From a virus (Duplodnaviria; Caudoviricetes): a stretch of 53,840 nucleotides of DNA. The stretch spans positions 1-53,840 of IMG/VR virus record IMGVR_UViG_3300047309_000142; one strand, 5' to 3'. Within the stretch, counting starts at the first letter, position 1; the number at the start of each line of letters is the position of its first letter. A program made the translations under genes and the position numbers. Shown here one piece after another: positions 31,901 through 39,945 of this stretch. The notes beneath the pieces were generated by a model. It worked only from the letters and a program-made list of their open reading frames with translations. It made no database searches and was not told the origin of the DNA.

Positions 31901-32310
31901 GTAACTTAAGTACGGGTGGAACATTAACCGTAACCGGCAACACAACACAAACTGGTATATTGAAGCTGGGTTCGGTAATGGTAGAAGCATATTCCAATGT
32001 ATCTATCAGCACAAATACGCTTACCTTGAACCTAAGCACAGCTGGTATATTCAATGTTACCCTAAACTCAAATATTACAACGGTTTCACTAACCAACTAC
32101 CCCAGCAGTGCGGGTCAAGCAGCTAGCTTTATATTAATGTTAACTGCTGATGGTAATGCTAGATCCATTACGTGGCCTGCTGCATTTAGGTGGCCGGGAG
32201 GAACTGCGCCAACACCTACCAGTACGTTAAATAAAGTTGATGTGTTTGCGTTCTTCACACTGGATGGTGGTACTAACTGGCAAGCATTTATCTCAGGACA
32301 GAATCTATAA
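22966..32310 (+). CDS. Giant (3114 aa) Ala/Ser/Asn/Val-rich coiled-coil tail fibre
   Basis: TATAAATA at 22934. N-terminal FPxxPxxGD.Y....WTW; long tracts of NTVSNAVS / EIxNRQSASAxLExH repeats broken by globular domains; C-terminal 'WP...RWPGGTAP...VDVF.F.TLDGGTNW'. Confidence 0.85.
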   Translation: MALNFPITPAPGDLYTYAGKTWTWNGTGWQLVESTSALDNVNANLNNEISQRQAADLSINNVIDAVSAAVANEISARQSASAALESHINTVSAGLAAIDSGNISFTASSYPFTGNTQSLNTTTGTIVVTGGVGISGNLNVGGQFAANGNILPAQNATFNLGSPSLRWKSLYVTGSTIDIDGLTIGAANGQIIIPAANIGGVDINSAITTISNTVSAETSNRQSASAVIESHINTVSNTVSIVNAQLASIDTKLSNAVSALSADLRSAINAVSNQVSVTSTDLTSAKNNLLSAINVVSNAVSAETANRISADNALSVAAQAAINTISNAVSVVSVAAANATSIANAASAAVNVVSNAVSLETVNRISADNVLSVKIDAVSNTVSVETVNRQSASAVLESHINTVSNAVSVVSAAAASVESHVNTVSNAVSTVSAALISVSAQIENHVNLVSNAVSQVSVVAANAISMANVISQALSNEISNRQSASAVLEGHINTVSNAVSTVSAAVANAVSMINVVSNAVSVETAARTLASANLETHINTVSNAVSVVSVVAANAISMINVVSNTLSAEINDRKSVSQLLESHIDNVSAAVNTVSNALSVETANRVSADNALSVRVDSVYGVISSIVGGGAVSVTSADLISVSAVLESHINTVSNAVSVEIANRQSASAVLETHINTVSNAVSVVSVAAANATSIANAASNAVSVEVVNRQSASAALESHINTVSNAVSVVSAAAANATSIANAASNAVSVEIINRQSASAVLETHINTVSNAVSVVSVTAANAASIANAASNAVSVEVVNRQSASAVLESHIDTVSNAVSLVSVVAANAISTANAVSNALSAEILNRQSASAALESHINAVSNAVSVINASTGVTVGLYNNVANANTFSNTISGVTTIGFDSYTGFKVDNMGSNTVKVSLGSSFRTFKANGQSDLIAFGEDTLEFVAGNGISIATDPLATPKQLKIAVDDAQIYSAINGLSNAISAVSAAAALANTTANNASSIANAVSNAVSAEIGDRKSASAQLEGHINTVSNNVSVVSAAVANEASIRAAADILINNEISIVSAAVVSVDSHVNTVSAQLASVDTKLSNAISLETANRQSASAVLESHINAVSAAVNTVSNAISAETANRISSESGLSSRVDSVYNVLSSIVIGGGVSVTSADLNSVSTALESHINTVSNNVSVVSAAIANEASIRAAADTSINNAVSVVSAAAVSIETHVNTVSAQLASVDTKLSAAIVNAISNEASIRAAADTSINNAVSVVSAAAASIETHVNTVSAQLASVDTKLSTAVANLALDNLTDVQISSPVAGQLLTYNGINWINGAGITVSGGAGIGYWMQTPVITAASTENYFQIDTLGGTPNTSAQVLITQTVNNTTAVVAAWQSSALGRTVLDAGNYEFSVWMSTSNTGGTNTAQLDVYRVDPYSGGTVTMTGTGTSRTVTASNGAPFATITASGTMTSSSWLETPKGLYQITAKTSDTVVTIAVPAAYTNESAVSASVWNQLFTNPSFNLTSTNLIEYPFNTTQPSFSINKTTSLGVIVFATTSASRTITFSMDDGVTAAHLTTPWAVLHNELGGLQGGATNEYYHLTSAEYANINTASANLASIENHLSALDAAVSNETSARQAASVVLENQISVVSAAIVNEASIRAAQDASIYNAVSAVSAAVANEASIRAAQDASIYNAVSAVSAAVVNEASIRAAQDASINNSISVVSAALVSTNDRISGISSNLTSIDTKLSNAISAVSVAAQSAINTVSSNLDTEILNRQSASAVLEGHINTVSNAVSIVSAAAASIEAHVNTVSNAISAVSAAVANEASIRAAADASINNNTSIVSAAVANEASIRAAADTSINNSISVVSAALVSTNDRISGISSNLTSIDTKLSNAISNVTSQLQAASAALESHINTVSAAVNTVSNAVSVETANRISADNALSVRIDSISNQVSVTSADLVSAKNNLLSNINAVSNAVSVETANRISADNVLSVNINTVSNAVSIVSVAAANATSIANAVSNALSNEISNRRSADNALSVNINTVSNAVSIVSVAAANATSIANAASNAVSVEIANRQSASAALETHINTVSAAVNTVSNAVSVETANRISADNVLSVNINTVSNAVSIVSVAAANATSIANAASAAVNVVSNALSAEIVNRISADNALSNAVSATYAKKAGDTFTGPVVVSASLSVIGDLNVSGMLQVNAASLLEGGQINLAAAPSGTLAGPIGIDIYGNRVRIFETTGTSRGVYIDLTSAAAGVGTNLMAGGGAGSVASANFVSAVNALSNAISVVSAAAASVESHVNTVSNALSNEISNRQSASAALETHINAASNAASVVSAAVVSVSAVIETHVNTVSNAVSIVSVAAANAISMANVISNALSNEISNRISADNVLSANINTVSNAVSIVSVAAANATSIANAVSNALSNEISNRQSASAALETHINTVSNAVSIVSVAAANATSIANAASNAVSVEIINRQAASQALQVNIDAVSQAVSVVSVAVDRVSNAVSNEISNRQSASAALETHINTVSAAVNTVSNALSAEIVNRISADNALSANINTVSNAVSIVSVAAANATSIANAASAAVNVVSNALSNEISNRQSASAALETHINTVSNAVSVVSQAVSVVSVAAANATSIANAASIVAANATSIANAASVAAANATSIANAASNAVSVEIANRISADNAVSAAAQSAINTVSNAVSIVSVAAANATSIANAVSAAVNVVSNAVSIVSAAQLSTWNAVSNEISVRAAASAALEAHINTVSAAAAAGGGVASSNINNKVYTGLTTATTIIDTTAVANYRAVEYLATATDNTNSRYKASRITILTDNTNVYYSEYDTLYSNASYEVATFTANVATGNINLIAQGDSANVTVQLQKVYLGPGTTTGVAAGITSVSGGSNTQVQFNDAGTLSGSANLTFDKGTNVLTVTGNVAATNLSGTITTASQTNITTVGTLGALTVTGNVAAGNLSTGGTLTVTGNTTQTGILKLGSVMVEAYSNVSISTNTLTLNLSTAGIFNVTLNSNITTVSLTNYPSSAGQAASFILMLTADGNARSITWPAAFRWPGGTAPTPTSTLNKVDVFAFFTLDGGTNWQAFISGQNL
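24981..25380 (+). repeat. Near-identical intragenic DNA duplication with a 276-bp (2 x 46 aa) offset
   Basis: 24981-25103 and ~25257-25379 differ at only a few bases. Confidence 0.75.
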
Positions 32311-32819
32311 TGGCTAACTTTGCATTAGTTGAGAATGATACCATAACAGGCATTTATGATGATCTCCCTCAAAATTGGGGGCGTGTAAGTAACCTATATC
32401 TGTTATCAAATGAAACAGACCACTTAAAAACACTGGGTTGGTATAAAATCCGTAGACAGGATCCAGAATATGATCCTAATACAAAAATGCCGGGTAAATT
32501 GAGTTATATTTTTACTGGCACTGAGGTAATAGAAACAAATGAAATTTTGGATAGACCGCCCGAACCGCCAGCTAAAACTGCAGAACAATTGGCTGCCGAG
32601 GAACAATTAAGAATAGAAAACCAATGGGGTATTGTGCGTAGACAGCGAGATCAACTAATGCGTGATAATGACTGGAGGTATTTGCGTTATCAAAGACAGC
32701 AGAGAACTGGAACAGCAACCACTGATGACTTAGCAAAGGTAGATGCTTATATGCAGGCCTTGGCTAATATAACTAGTCAAGTTGATCCCTATAACATAAT
32801 TTGGCCCACATTAGAGTAA
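32310..32819 (+). CDS. Tail fibre assembly chaperone-like protein
   Basis: W..VRRQRDQLM...DW...YMQALANIT.Q.DP..I.WP C-terminal motif. Confidence 0.8.
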   Translation: MANFALVENDTITGIYDDLPQNWGRVSNLYLLSNETDHLKTLGWYKIRRQDPEYDPNTKMPGKLSYIFTGTEVIETNEILDRPPEPPAKTAEQLAAEEQLRIENQWGIVRRQRDQLMRDNDWRYLRYQRQQRTGTATTDDLAKVDAYMQALANITSQVDPYNIIWPTLE

Positions 32820-32820
32820 C

Positions 32821-35800
32821 ATGTCTGTACATAAAGCGTTATTAGCAATTCAATCGACGTCAAATATAGGTCCATTATTTCAGTGGGGTCTAAATACATC
32901 TGGTCAACTGGGTGACCGTACAACTACACTGCGTTCTAGTCCTGTGCAAGTTGGCACCAGTTATTGGAGCCAAGTAGCAACTGGTGACAGTGGTACCGTT
33001 GCTGTACGTGCTGATGGCGGATTATATGCGTGGGGGTTGCTGCCGTTTGGTGTAAGCTCATCGTCGCCTGTCGTATTAGCATCGGGCACGTGGTCAAAAG
33101 TTGCAATGGGTAATAACCATGCTTTAGCAATTAAGTCTGATGGGTCATTATGGTCCGTTGGTCTGGGCAGCAGTGGTCAATTAGGTGATACTGGTATATC
33201 GTATACACAAAGTTGGACACAAGTCGCGCATGGAACAAGTCATGCGCTGGCAATAAGAAATGACGGAGCATTATTTGTTTGGGGGTCCGATACCGATGGA
33301 GCATTGGGAGTAAACAGCACAACCGCTAGCTATAGCAGCCCAGTTCAATTGGGTACAGCAAGTTGGATTTATGTATCTGCTGAAAACAATTTTGGTCGTT
33401 CTATGGCAATAAGAAGTGATGGCGCATTATTTGGTTGGGGTTATAACCTTAATGGCGAGCTAGGAGACAACACTATTATAAGCAGGTCCAGTCCGGTGCA
33501 AATAGGTACCAGCAGTTGGACCGCTGTGAGTGCCGGTAGACCTAACACAATGGCTTTGCGAATAGATGGTGGATTATTTGCATGGGGGGCAAACACTAAC
33601 GGCGCAGTGGGCGATGGCACGGCTATCCCCAGATCCAGTCCAGTTCAAATAGGCACAAGCAGCTGGAGTAGTATTAGCGCAGGTTTCAATAATGGCGCAG
33701 CAATACGAATAGATGGTGCGTTGTTTGTTTGGGGGCAAAACACTAACGGGCAGATTGGTGATGGCACGGTTATCACCAAATCCAGTCCAGTTCAAATAGG
33801 CACTAGTAGCTGGACAAAAGTTTCTTCTGGAAGCACATATACAGCCGCTATTAGAAATGATGGTGCATTATTTACATGGGGCAACAATGCGAACGGCTGC
33901 CTTGGTGAATTTACTACTACCGCTGTGGCTGGTAATAGGTCAAGTCCGGTTCAAATAGGGACTAGCAGTTGGTCGCAGGTAAGGGCCGGGGTAAATAACC
34001 AGTCTACTTTTGCAATAAGAAATGATGGTGGTTTGTTTAGTTGGGGCCTGAATACTACTGGGCTATTAGGTCTTAACGACGCCATCAATCGCAGCAGTCC
34101 AGTGCAAATAGGCACCAGTAGTTGGACACAAATATGTACCCTTGCATATAGAACAATGCAGGGTATACTTACAAATGGTGTAATGTATGGTTGGGGGGCG
34201 GCTCCCATTGGAGACGGCACAGCAACCGGGTATTCCAGTCCTGTACTAGTAGCCGCATTGCCCGGAAGAGTTAGCCTTACGCAAATAGGCAGCAGCAGTT
34301 GGAGTCAGATAGCTGCTGGAGGCAATGTAAGTGCGGGCATAACAACGGCTAACACACTTTTTGTCTGGGGCGATAATTCTGTTAATCAACTGGGCGACTA
34401 CACTACTGCAAATAAAGCCTATCCCATACCTGTGGCTCCATTAAGTTGGTCCAGTGTCGCAAAAGGATTTTCACATTCCGCCGCAGTTCGCAGTGATGGC
34501 GCGTTATTTACGTGGGGTACGGCCACAACAGGGTGCTTGGGCGACAATGCCAACGTGTCGCGTAGCAGCCCGGTGCAGATAGGTAATAGCAGTTGGAGCA
34601 CTGTCAGTTGCGGTGTTTGCCACACCATGGCTATACGTTCAGACGGTACAGCTTGGGGCTGGGGCGCTGGCACTAACGGCTGCATTGGTGATGGAACTAC
34701 TACGAACAGATCTAGTCCAGTGCAAATAGGTACCGGTTTATGGAACAAGCTGATTGCATTCAATGCAAGTACATCTTCCATGGGTATACGTAGTGATGGT
34801 ACCTTATATACCTGGGGTATTAATACTTCAGCACAATTGGGGCTCAATGATATAGTTAATCGCAGTAGTCCTTCACAAGTTGGAACTAGCAGTTGGACAC
34901 AAATTGCTGGTTGGACTTTATCGGCAGCGGCAATAAGAACTGATGGCGGGTTATTTACGTGGGGTGTTGGTTCATCTGGACAATTGGGGCTAAATGATGC
35001 ACTACCTAGAAGTAGTCCAACACAAGTAGGTACCAGCAGTTGGACTCAGGTATCTATGGGTCCAAATACAATGCAAGCTATTAGAACAGATGGTGGATTA
35101 TTTACTACGGGCGCAGGCACTGGCGGATTGGGTGGAACTAATAATACTGCGCAATACTCTAGTCCAGTACAAATAGGAACTAGTAGTTGGACTTTAGTGA
35201 AAATTACAGGTAACAATTCTTATGCCATAAGAAGCGATGGAACATTATGGGCGTGGGGTGCATCTACTATATTAGGAAATAACACAGCGTCTAATGCCAG
35301 CAGCCCTGTGCAGATAGGTAGCGCAAGTTGGACACAATTATCCGCCAATACCGGCGGAGTGATAGGTGTCTACAATAATGTAGTTTATCTTTGGGGCAGT
35401 ACGAACGAATCGGGCAACGGACTAACCGATGCCGTAGTAACACCATACCCCTCAATAACGGTTAATACTAATATTAATAACAGTTTCCCCACCAGTTGGA
35501 CCAACGTAGCAGTAGGCCCCAGTCATATTGTAGCAATAGATAAAACCAGTTACAACGTCTATGGCTTTGGTTATAATAATAGTTCACAGCTGGCTCAAAC
35601 CACTGATTCGCAACAAAGCTGGTCGCAAATTGCACTAGGAGGCAACACTGGGTCTGGAAATTTTATTCTAGCTATTAGATCTGACGGTATACTGTATAGT
35701 TGGGGCATTAATGGCATGGGTCAGCTGGGAGACAATAGTTCAACAAACAGATCTAGTCCTGTACAGGTTACTGGCTTCAGCTGGACACAGGTTGCAGCCG

Positions 35801-38163
35801 GATCCAGATTCAGTGCTGGCATAAGATCAGATGGGAAATTGTTTACATGGGGCGGCAACGGTTATGGACAGTTGGGTTTAAATGATGTCACAACCACAAG
35901 ATCAGCACCAACACAGGTTGGCAACAGTAGTTGGACCCAAGTCACGGTGGCGGGCGGAACTAGTACTAATGCTGACCCTGGATTTGGAATGGCTTTACGC
36001 ACAGATGGCGGATTGTTTGTCTGGGGTGGTAATACAGATGGCCAGCTGGCACAGGGAGACACCACACACAGGTCTAGCCCTGTACAGGTAGGTACTAGCA
36101 GTTGGACTCAAATTTCAAATGGCTACAATGCTGCCTGCGCCATTAGAACAGATGGTGGATTATTTGCTTGGGGCACGGGTCTTTTATCTGCTACTAATAG
36201 ATCAAGTCCGGTTCAGGTGGGAACCAGCAGTTGGAGCCAAGTATCTGTTGGATATGATCATGTATTGGCTATTAATACCAGCGGCAGTTTGTATAGTGGA
36301 GGATTCAATGCTGCTGGGCAACTGGGACAAAATAATGTTACCACCAGTCAGGCTATTACGGCACTGGATAGTACAAATAGCTATGCTCAAGTTTCGGCTG
36401 GTGTTAGTATGAGTTTTGCAAGAAGAAACACCGGGGCATTATTTGCTTGGGGACTAAACACAAGTGGTCAACTAGGACTAAATGATTTAAATAACAGGTC
36501 CAGCCCAGTACAAATAGGTACTAGCAGTTGGGTTCAGTTACCTAATTCGGGTAGTGTTGGCACTATTGCCATGGTGGGTATATTACAGAACAATGCTTTA
36601 TATTCCTGGGGATCTAATGCAGATGGTGAATTGGGTATAAACTCAATCATTAATGCTAGATCAAGTCCGGCTCAAGTTGGTACTCAAGCTGGAACACAGA
36701 CAATACAACGATATAGGCCAACTCTAATAACTGGTAGCAGTTGGACACAAGTAGCTGCTGGTCCCAGTCATACAATGGCTATCAAAAACGATAATACACT
36801 ATGGGGCTGGGGCAGCTATGCATCATCTGATACCACTGGTACTTATTTTTGGTGGACCAGTATAAAGCAAAATAATAATACAACATTAGCTCTGCGTAGC
36901 GATGGCGCACTATTTGCTTGGGGGTATAACTTTAATGGGCGTCTAGGTGATGGAACAATAATAGATAGATCAAGTCCTGTACAAATAGGTACTAGTAGTT
37001 GGACGCAAATTTCAATGGGACTGACTCATTCCTTGGCCATAAGAAAGGATGGTGCGTTATTTTCTTGGGGCGCTAACGCACAGGGACAATTGGGACAAAA
37101 TGATGTAGTTCAGAGATCAAGCCCGGTGCAGGTAGGTACTAGTAGTTGGAGTCAAATAAATGCCTCAAACTCATTTTCCTGTGCAATAAGAACTGATGGG
37201 GGTCTATTTACGTGGGGGACAAATAATAACGGTGTATTTGGTGACAATACTGCCTCTGGTGCCTTTAGATCAAGTCCAGTTCAAATCGGCACCAGCAGCT
37301 GGAGTGCGGTCAGTGCAGGCCCCAGTTTTGCGGCCGCAATTAGGACTGACGGCGGTTTATTTACGTGGGGATCTGGCACTAACGGTGTCTTGGGGGGATC
37401 AAATGCAGGTACAGTTAGATCTAGCCCAGTGCAAGTAGGTACCAGTAGTTGGAGTCAAATTTCAGCCGGATTAAATTACTGTATCGCATTAAAAACTGAT
37501 TCTACTATTTGGACTTGGGGAGGTAATGGAAACGGTGAATTAGGGCAAAATAACACAATAGCTCTTTCAAGTCCAGTGCAGGTGGGAACTAGTAGTTGGA
37601 GTCAAATTTCAGCTAACAATGGTTTCATGGCCGCTATACGTACCGATGGGGGTTTATTTACCTGGGGGAATAATACTTCATCGCAGGGATATGGCGCCCT
37701 GATGCAAAATGATCTTGTTGCAAGATCCAGTCCAGTGCAAGTAGGTACTAGCAGTTTTACTCAGTTAAGTAGTGGCTACTCATCAAACGATTTGTCTGTA
37801 ATACGTATTGATGGTGCATTATTTGGTGCAGGTTGGAATACTAATGGTGAGCTGGGGTTAAATGATGTAAATGCAAGATCAAGCCCTGTGCAAGTTGGTT
37901 CATATCCTACTGCTCCATTTACTAGCACAGTGACACAAATGGGCGCGTTGAGTTATAAACAAGTGGCAGCTGGTCTTAATAATACCTACGCCATTAGCAA
38001 TACAAACAAATTATATTCCTGGGGTTCTAATACTTCGGGTATGATAGGCAACAGTCCAATACCTTTTGTTGGGTTAACGGTAAGTCCAGTTCAAATTGGC
38101 ACTAGCAACTGGATTACAGTAAGCGCAGGTCAAAGTCACGTGGGTGCAGTACGTTATCCATAA
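32821..38163 (+). CDS. RCC1/BLIP-II repeat protein, 35 repeats (five 7-blade propellers)
   Basis: ~49-aa repeat WxQVSAGxxHxxAIRxDGxLFxWGxNxxGQLGxxxxxxRSSPVQIGTSS, counted by hand. Confidence 0.9.
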   Translation: MSVHKALLAIQSTSNIGPLFQWGLNTSGQLGDRTTTLRSSPVQVGTSYWSQVATGDSGTVAVRADGGLYAWGLLPFGVSSSSPVVLASGTWSKVAMGNNHALAIKSDGSLWSVGLGSSGQLGDTGISYTQSWTQVAHGTSHALAIRNDGALFVWGSDTDGALGVNSTTASYSSPVQLGTASWIYVSAENNFGRSMAIRSDGALFGWGYNLNGELGDNTIISRSSPVQIGTSSWTAVSAGRPNTMALRIDGGLFAWGANTNGAVGDGTAIPRSSPVQIGTSSWSSISAGFNNGAAIRIDGALFVWGQNTNGQIGDGTVITKSSPVQIGTSSWTKVSSGSTYTAAIRNDGALFTWGNNANGCLGEFTTTAVAGNRSSPVQIGTSSWSQVRAGVNNQSTFAIRNDGGLFSWGLNTTGLLGLNDAINRSSPVQIGTSSWTQICTLAYRTMQGILTNGVMYGWGAAPIGDGTATGYSSPVLVAALPGRVSLTQIGSSSWSQIAAGGNVSAGITTANTLFVWGDNSVNQLGDYTTANKAYPIPVAPLSWSSVAKGFSHSAAVRSDGALFTWGTATTGCLGDNANVSRSSPVQIGNSSWSTVSCGVCHTMAIRSDGTAWGWGAGTNGCIGDGTTTNRSSPVQIGTGLWNKLIAFNASTSSMGIRSDGTLYTWGINTSAQLGLNDIVNRSSPSQVGTSSWTQIAGWTLSAAAIRTDGGLFTWGVGSSGQLGLNDALPRSSPTQVGTSSWTQVSMGPNTMQAIRTDGGLFTTGAGTGGLGGTNNTAQYSSPVQIGTSSWTLVKITGNNSYAIRSDGTLWAWGASTILGNNTASNASSPVQIGSASWTQLSANTGGVIGVYNNVVYLWGSTNESGNGLTDAVVTPYPSITVNTNINNSFPTSWTNVAVGPSHIVAIDKTSYNVYGFGYNNSSQLAQTTDSQQSWSQIALGGNTGSGNFILAIRSDGILYSWGINGMGQLGDNSSTNRSSPVQVTGFSWTQVAAGSRFSAGIRSDGKLFTWGGNGYGQLGLNDVTTTRSAPTQVGNSSWTQVTVAGGTSTNADPGFGMALRTDGGLFVWGGNTDGQLAQGDTTHRSSPVQVGTSSWTQISNGYNAACAIRTDGGLFAWGTGLLSATNRSSPVQVGTSSWSQVSVGYDHVLAINTSGSLYSGGFNAAGQLGQNNVTTSQAITALDSTNSYAQVSAGVSMSFARRNTGALFAWGLNTSGQLGLNDLNNRSSPVQIGTSSWVQLPNSGSVGTIAMVGILQNNALYSWGSNADGELGINSIINARSSPAQVGTQAGTQTIQRYRPTLITGSSWTQVAAGPSHTMAIKNDNTLWGWGSYASSDTTGTYFWWTSIKQNNNTTLALRSDGALFAWGYNFNGRLGDGTIIDRSSPVQIGTSSWTQISMGLTHSLAIRKDGALFSWGANAQGQLGQNDVVQRSSPVQVGTSSWSQINASNSFSCAIRTDGGLFTWGTNNNGVFGDNTASGAFRSSPVQIGTSSWSAVSAGPSFAAAIRTDGGLFTWGSGTNGVLGGSNAGTVRSSPVQVGTSSWSQISAGLNYCIALKTDSTIWTWGGNGNGELGQNNTIALSSPVQVGTSSWSQISANNGFMAAIRTDGGLFTWGNNTSSQGYGALMQNDLVARSSPVQVGTSSFTQLSSGYSSNDLSVIRIDGALFGAGWNTNGELGLNDVNARSSPVQVGSYPTAPFTSTVTQMGALSYKQVAAGLNNTYAISNTNKLYSWGSNTSGMIGNSPIPFVGLTVSPVQIGTSNWITVSAGQSHVGAVRYP

Positions 38164-38167
38164 CTGT

Positions 38168-38196
38168 TTGACAAAACAAGTTTTTTCAATTACATT
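38168..38196 (+). promoter_or_regulatory. sigma70-type promoter for the GT/methyltransferase operon
   Basis: TTGACA (38168-38173), 17 nt, TACATT (38191-38196); AAGGAG RBS follows. Confidence 0.65.
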
Positions 38197-38217
38197 TATA
38201 TTATTCAAGGAGACAAG

Positions 38218-39945
38218 ATGCACGAAATAGATCAAATGTTGCAGTTGCAACTAGAAGGCCGCCATGCCGAAGCACGAGCACTGTCAGATAAATTAGAAGC
38301 TATAGGCCCACAAAAAATACAGGATCCCAAAGGGCAAACAACCCAAGACATTTGGATGCGTCACTGTTTTAATCGCGGTTGGTTCTTAATACAGGACGGT
38401 GACTATCAAAAAGGCAGTCAACTACTGGAAAACGGACGTTTTCTCAATGTTTACGGCAATCAACCCTTGATGACTAACGCGCCAATTTATAATCCACAAC
38501 AACACGACATCAAGGGCAAAGGCATCATTATAAGTTTAGAGGGTGGTTATGGAGATGAGATCATACATGCTAGATTTGCTCAAAGCTTTAAAAAGCAAGG
38601 TGCTGCACGAGTTTATCTAGCCGCAGCACCGGAAATGGTCAGTTTGTTCAGCAGAATTGATGGCGTAGATGGTGTCATATTACGTAACCAAGCCAATACA
38701 GTGGCGCATGATTTCTGGGTACCAGGGTTCAGTGCAGGTTGGGTAGCTGGTCATACGTTTGAAGATTTTCCCGGCGATCCATATTTGACTGCTAGACCAG
38801 AATCCGTTGACGTTTGGAAAAACATTATTAATAGTGACAAAATAAAAGTGGGTATACGCTGGGCAGGTAATCCTAAATTTGAACATCAACAGTTTAGGCG
38901 TTTCCCCACAGACTTTATCACTAACTTAACCAAATATTCAGAATTACAACTGTACAGCCTACAACGCGATCACAATACTATACAGTTGCCAGAAGGTGTG
39001 CAGGATCTGCAACACTTAATGTTAAGCTGGGAAGATACTGCCGCAGCGATTATGAATTTGGATCTTGTAATTACCAGTTGTACCAGTGTCGCGCATTTAA
39101 GTGCAGCATTGGGTAAACAGACTTGGGTCATTGTGCCTTGCTTGCCCTATCATACCTGGACTTGGAAAGCACCTACATCCGATACCAGTCCCTATTATAA
39201 ATGCGTTAAACTATTTAGACAACGCAAGTATGGCAGTTGGAACGATCCCTGGCAGCGCCTTTATACAGAGTTGGAATCTAAGTTCAATTTAGCACACGTA
39301 GACATGCCCAATGCAGATCGTGAAAGCAAAAAACTTAATTTAGGCTGTGGCTTTAAAAAGTTCAAGGGATATCTTAATGTTGATAAGAGCTCGCTAGTAA
39401 AGCCGGATCAAACAGTAGATCTTAATGTTACACCCTGGCCCTGGCGCGACAATGAATTTACACATATAGTAGCCAAGGACATACTGGAACATTTAGGTGA
39501 AACACAAACTGATTTTGTTAACGTGATCAAGGAAATGTATAGGATCAGTGAGAATGGTGCGATATGGGAAATTCAAGTGCCGCATTGGCGTTGTGATACA
39601 GCATTGGATGATCCTGGTCATGTAAGGTTTATTACACTGGGTATGATGCATCTGTTTAATCAACAGCGTGTAATGAACAGGATCAAACAGCGCGAAAGCG
39701 ATAGTATTTTGGCCTTTGAACATGATATCGACATAGAAGTTTGTGATACACAATTTGTTTATACCGAACCCTGGCAGCATAAAATACGTAACAATGAGGT
39801 CACCTCAGATGAACTTAATTACGCATTAAATCATTTTAACAATGTAGCTCTTAGTATGATTATGTTGATACAGGTACATAAGCCCGGCAGATATGACGCA
39901 GCAGAATTGACTCAGGAACTAAACAAGGTAAATAGTGAACTATAA
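38218..39945 (+). CDS. GT9-like (GT-B) glycosyltransferase fused to a class I SAM methyltransferase-like domain
   Basis: EGGYGDEI..ARF, KVGIRWAGNP, DTAAAIMNLDLVITSCTSVAHLSAALGK; then KLNLGCG...GYLNVD...DILEHL. Confidence 0.85.
   Translation: MHEIDQMLQLQLEGRHAEARALSDKLEAIGPQKIQDPKGQTTQDIWMRHCFNRGWFLIQDGDYQKGSQLLENGRFLNVYGNQPLMTNAPIYNPQQHDIKGKGIIISLEGGYGDEIIHARFAQSFKKQGAARVYLAAAPEMVSLFSRIDGVDGVILRNQANTVAHDFWVPGFSAGWVAGHTFEDFPGDPYLTARPESVDVWKNIINSDKIKVGIRWAGNPKFEHQQFRRFPTDFITNLTKYSELQLYSLQRDHNTIQLPEGVQDLQHLMLSWEDTAAAIMNLDLVITSCTSVAHLSAALGKQTWVIVPCLPYHTWTWKAPTSDTSPYYKCVKLFRQRKYGSWNDPWQRLYTELESKFNLAHVDMPNADRESKKLNLGCGFKKFKGYLNVDKSSLVKPDQTVDLNVTPWPWRDNEFTHIVAKDILEHLGETQTDFVNVIKEMYRISENGAIWEIQVPHWRCDTALDDPGHVRFITLGMMHLFNQQRVMNRIKQRESDSILAFEHDIDIEVCDTQFVYTEPWQHKIRNNEVTSDELNYALNHFNNVALSMIMLIQVHKPGRYDAAELTQELNKVNSEL

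Noticed and set aside
23532-32096. Many minus-strand ORFs rich in TALLT/ALA (also 17368-18063)
   Set aside because: They are antisense shadows of the low-complexity fibre repeats, with no RBS or promoter support.
22966-38163. Regular repeats that might suggest a CRISPR array or DGR template/variable pair
   Set aside because: The repeats are in-frame protein repeats with synonymous variation. I saw no constant repeat-spacer structure, no adenine-specific mismatch pair and no reverse transcriptase in the window, despite the Mtd-N-like domains.
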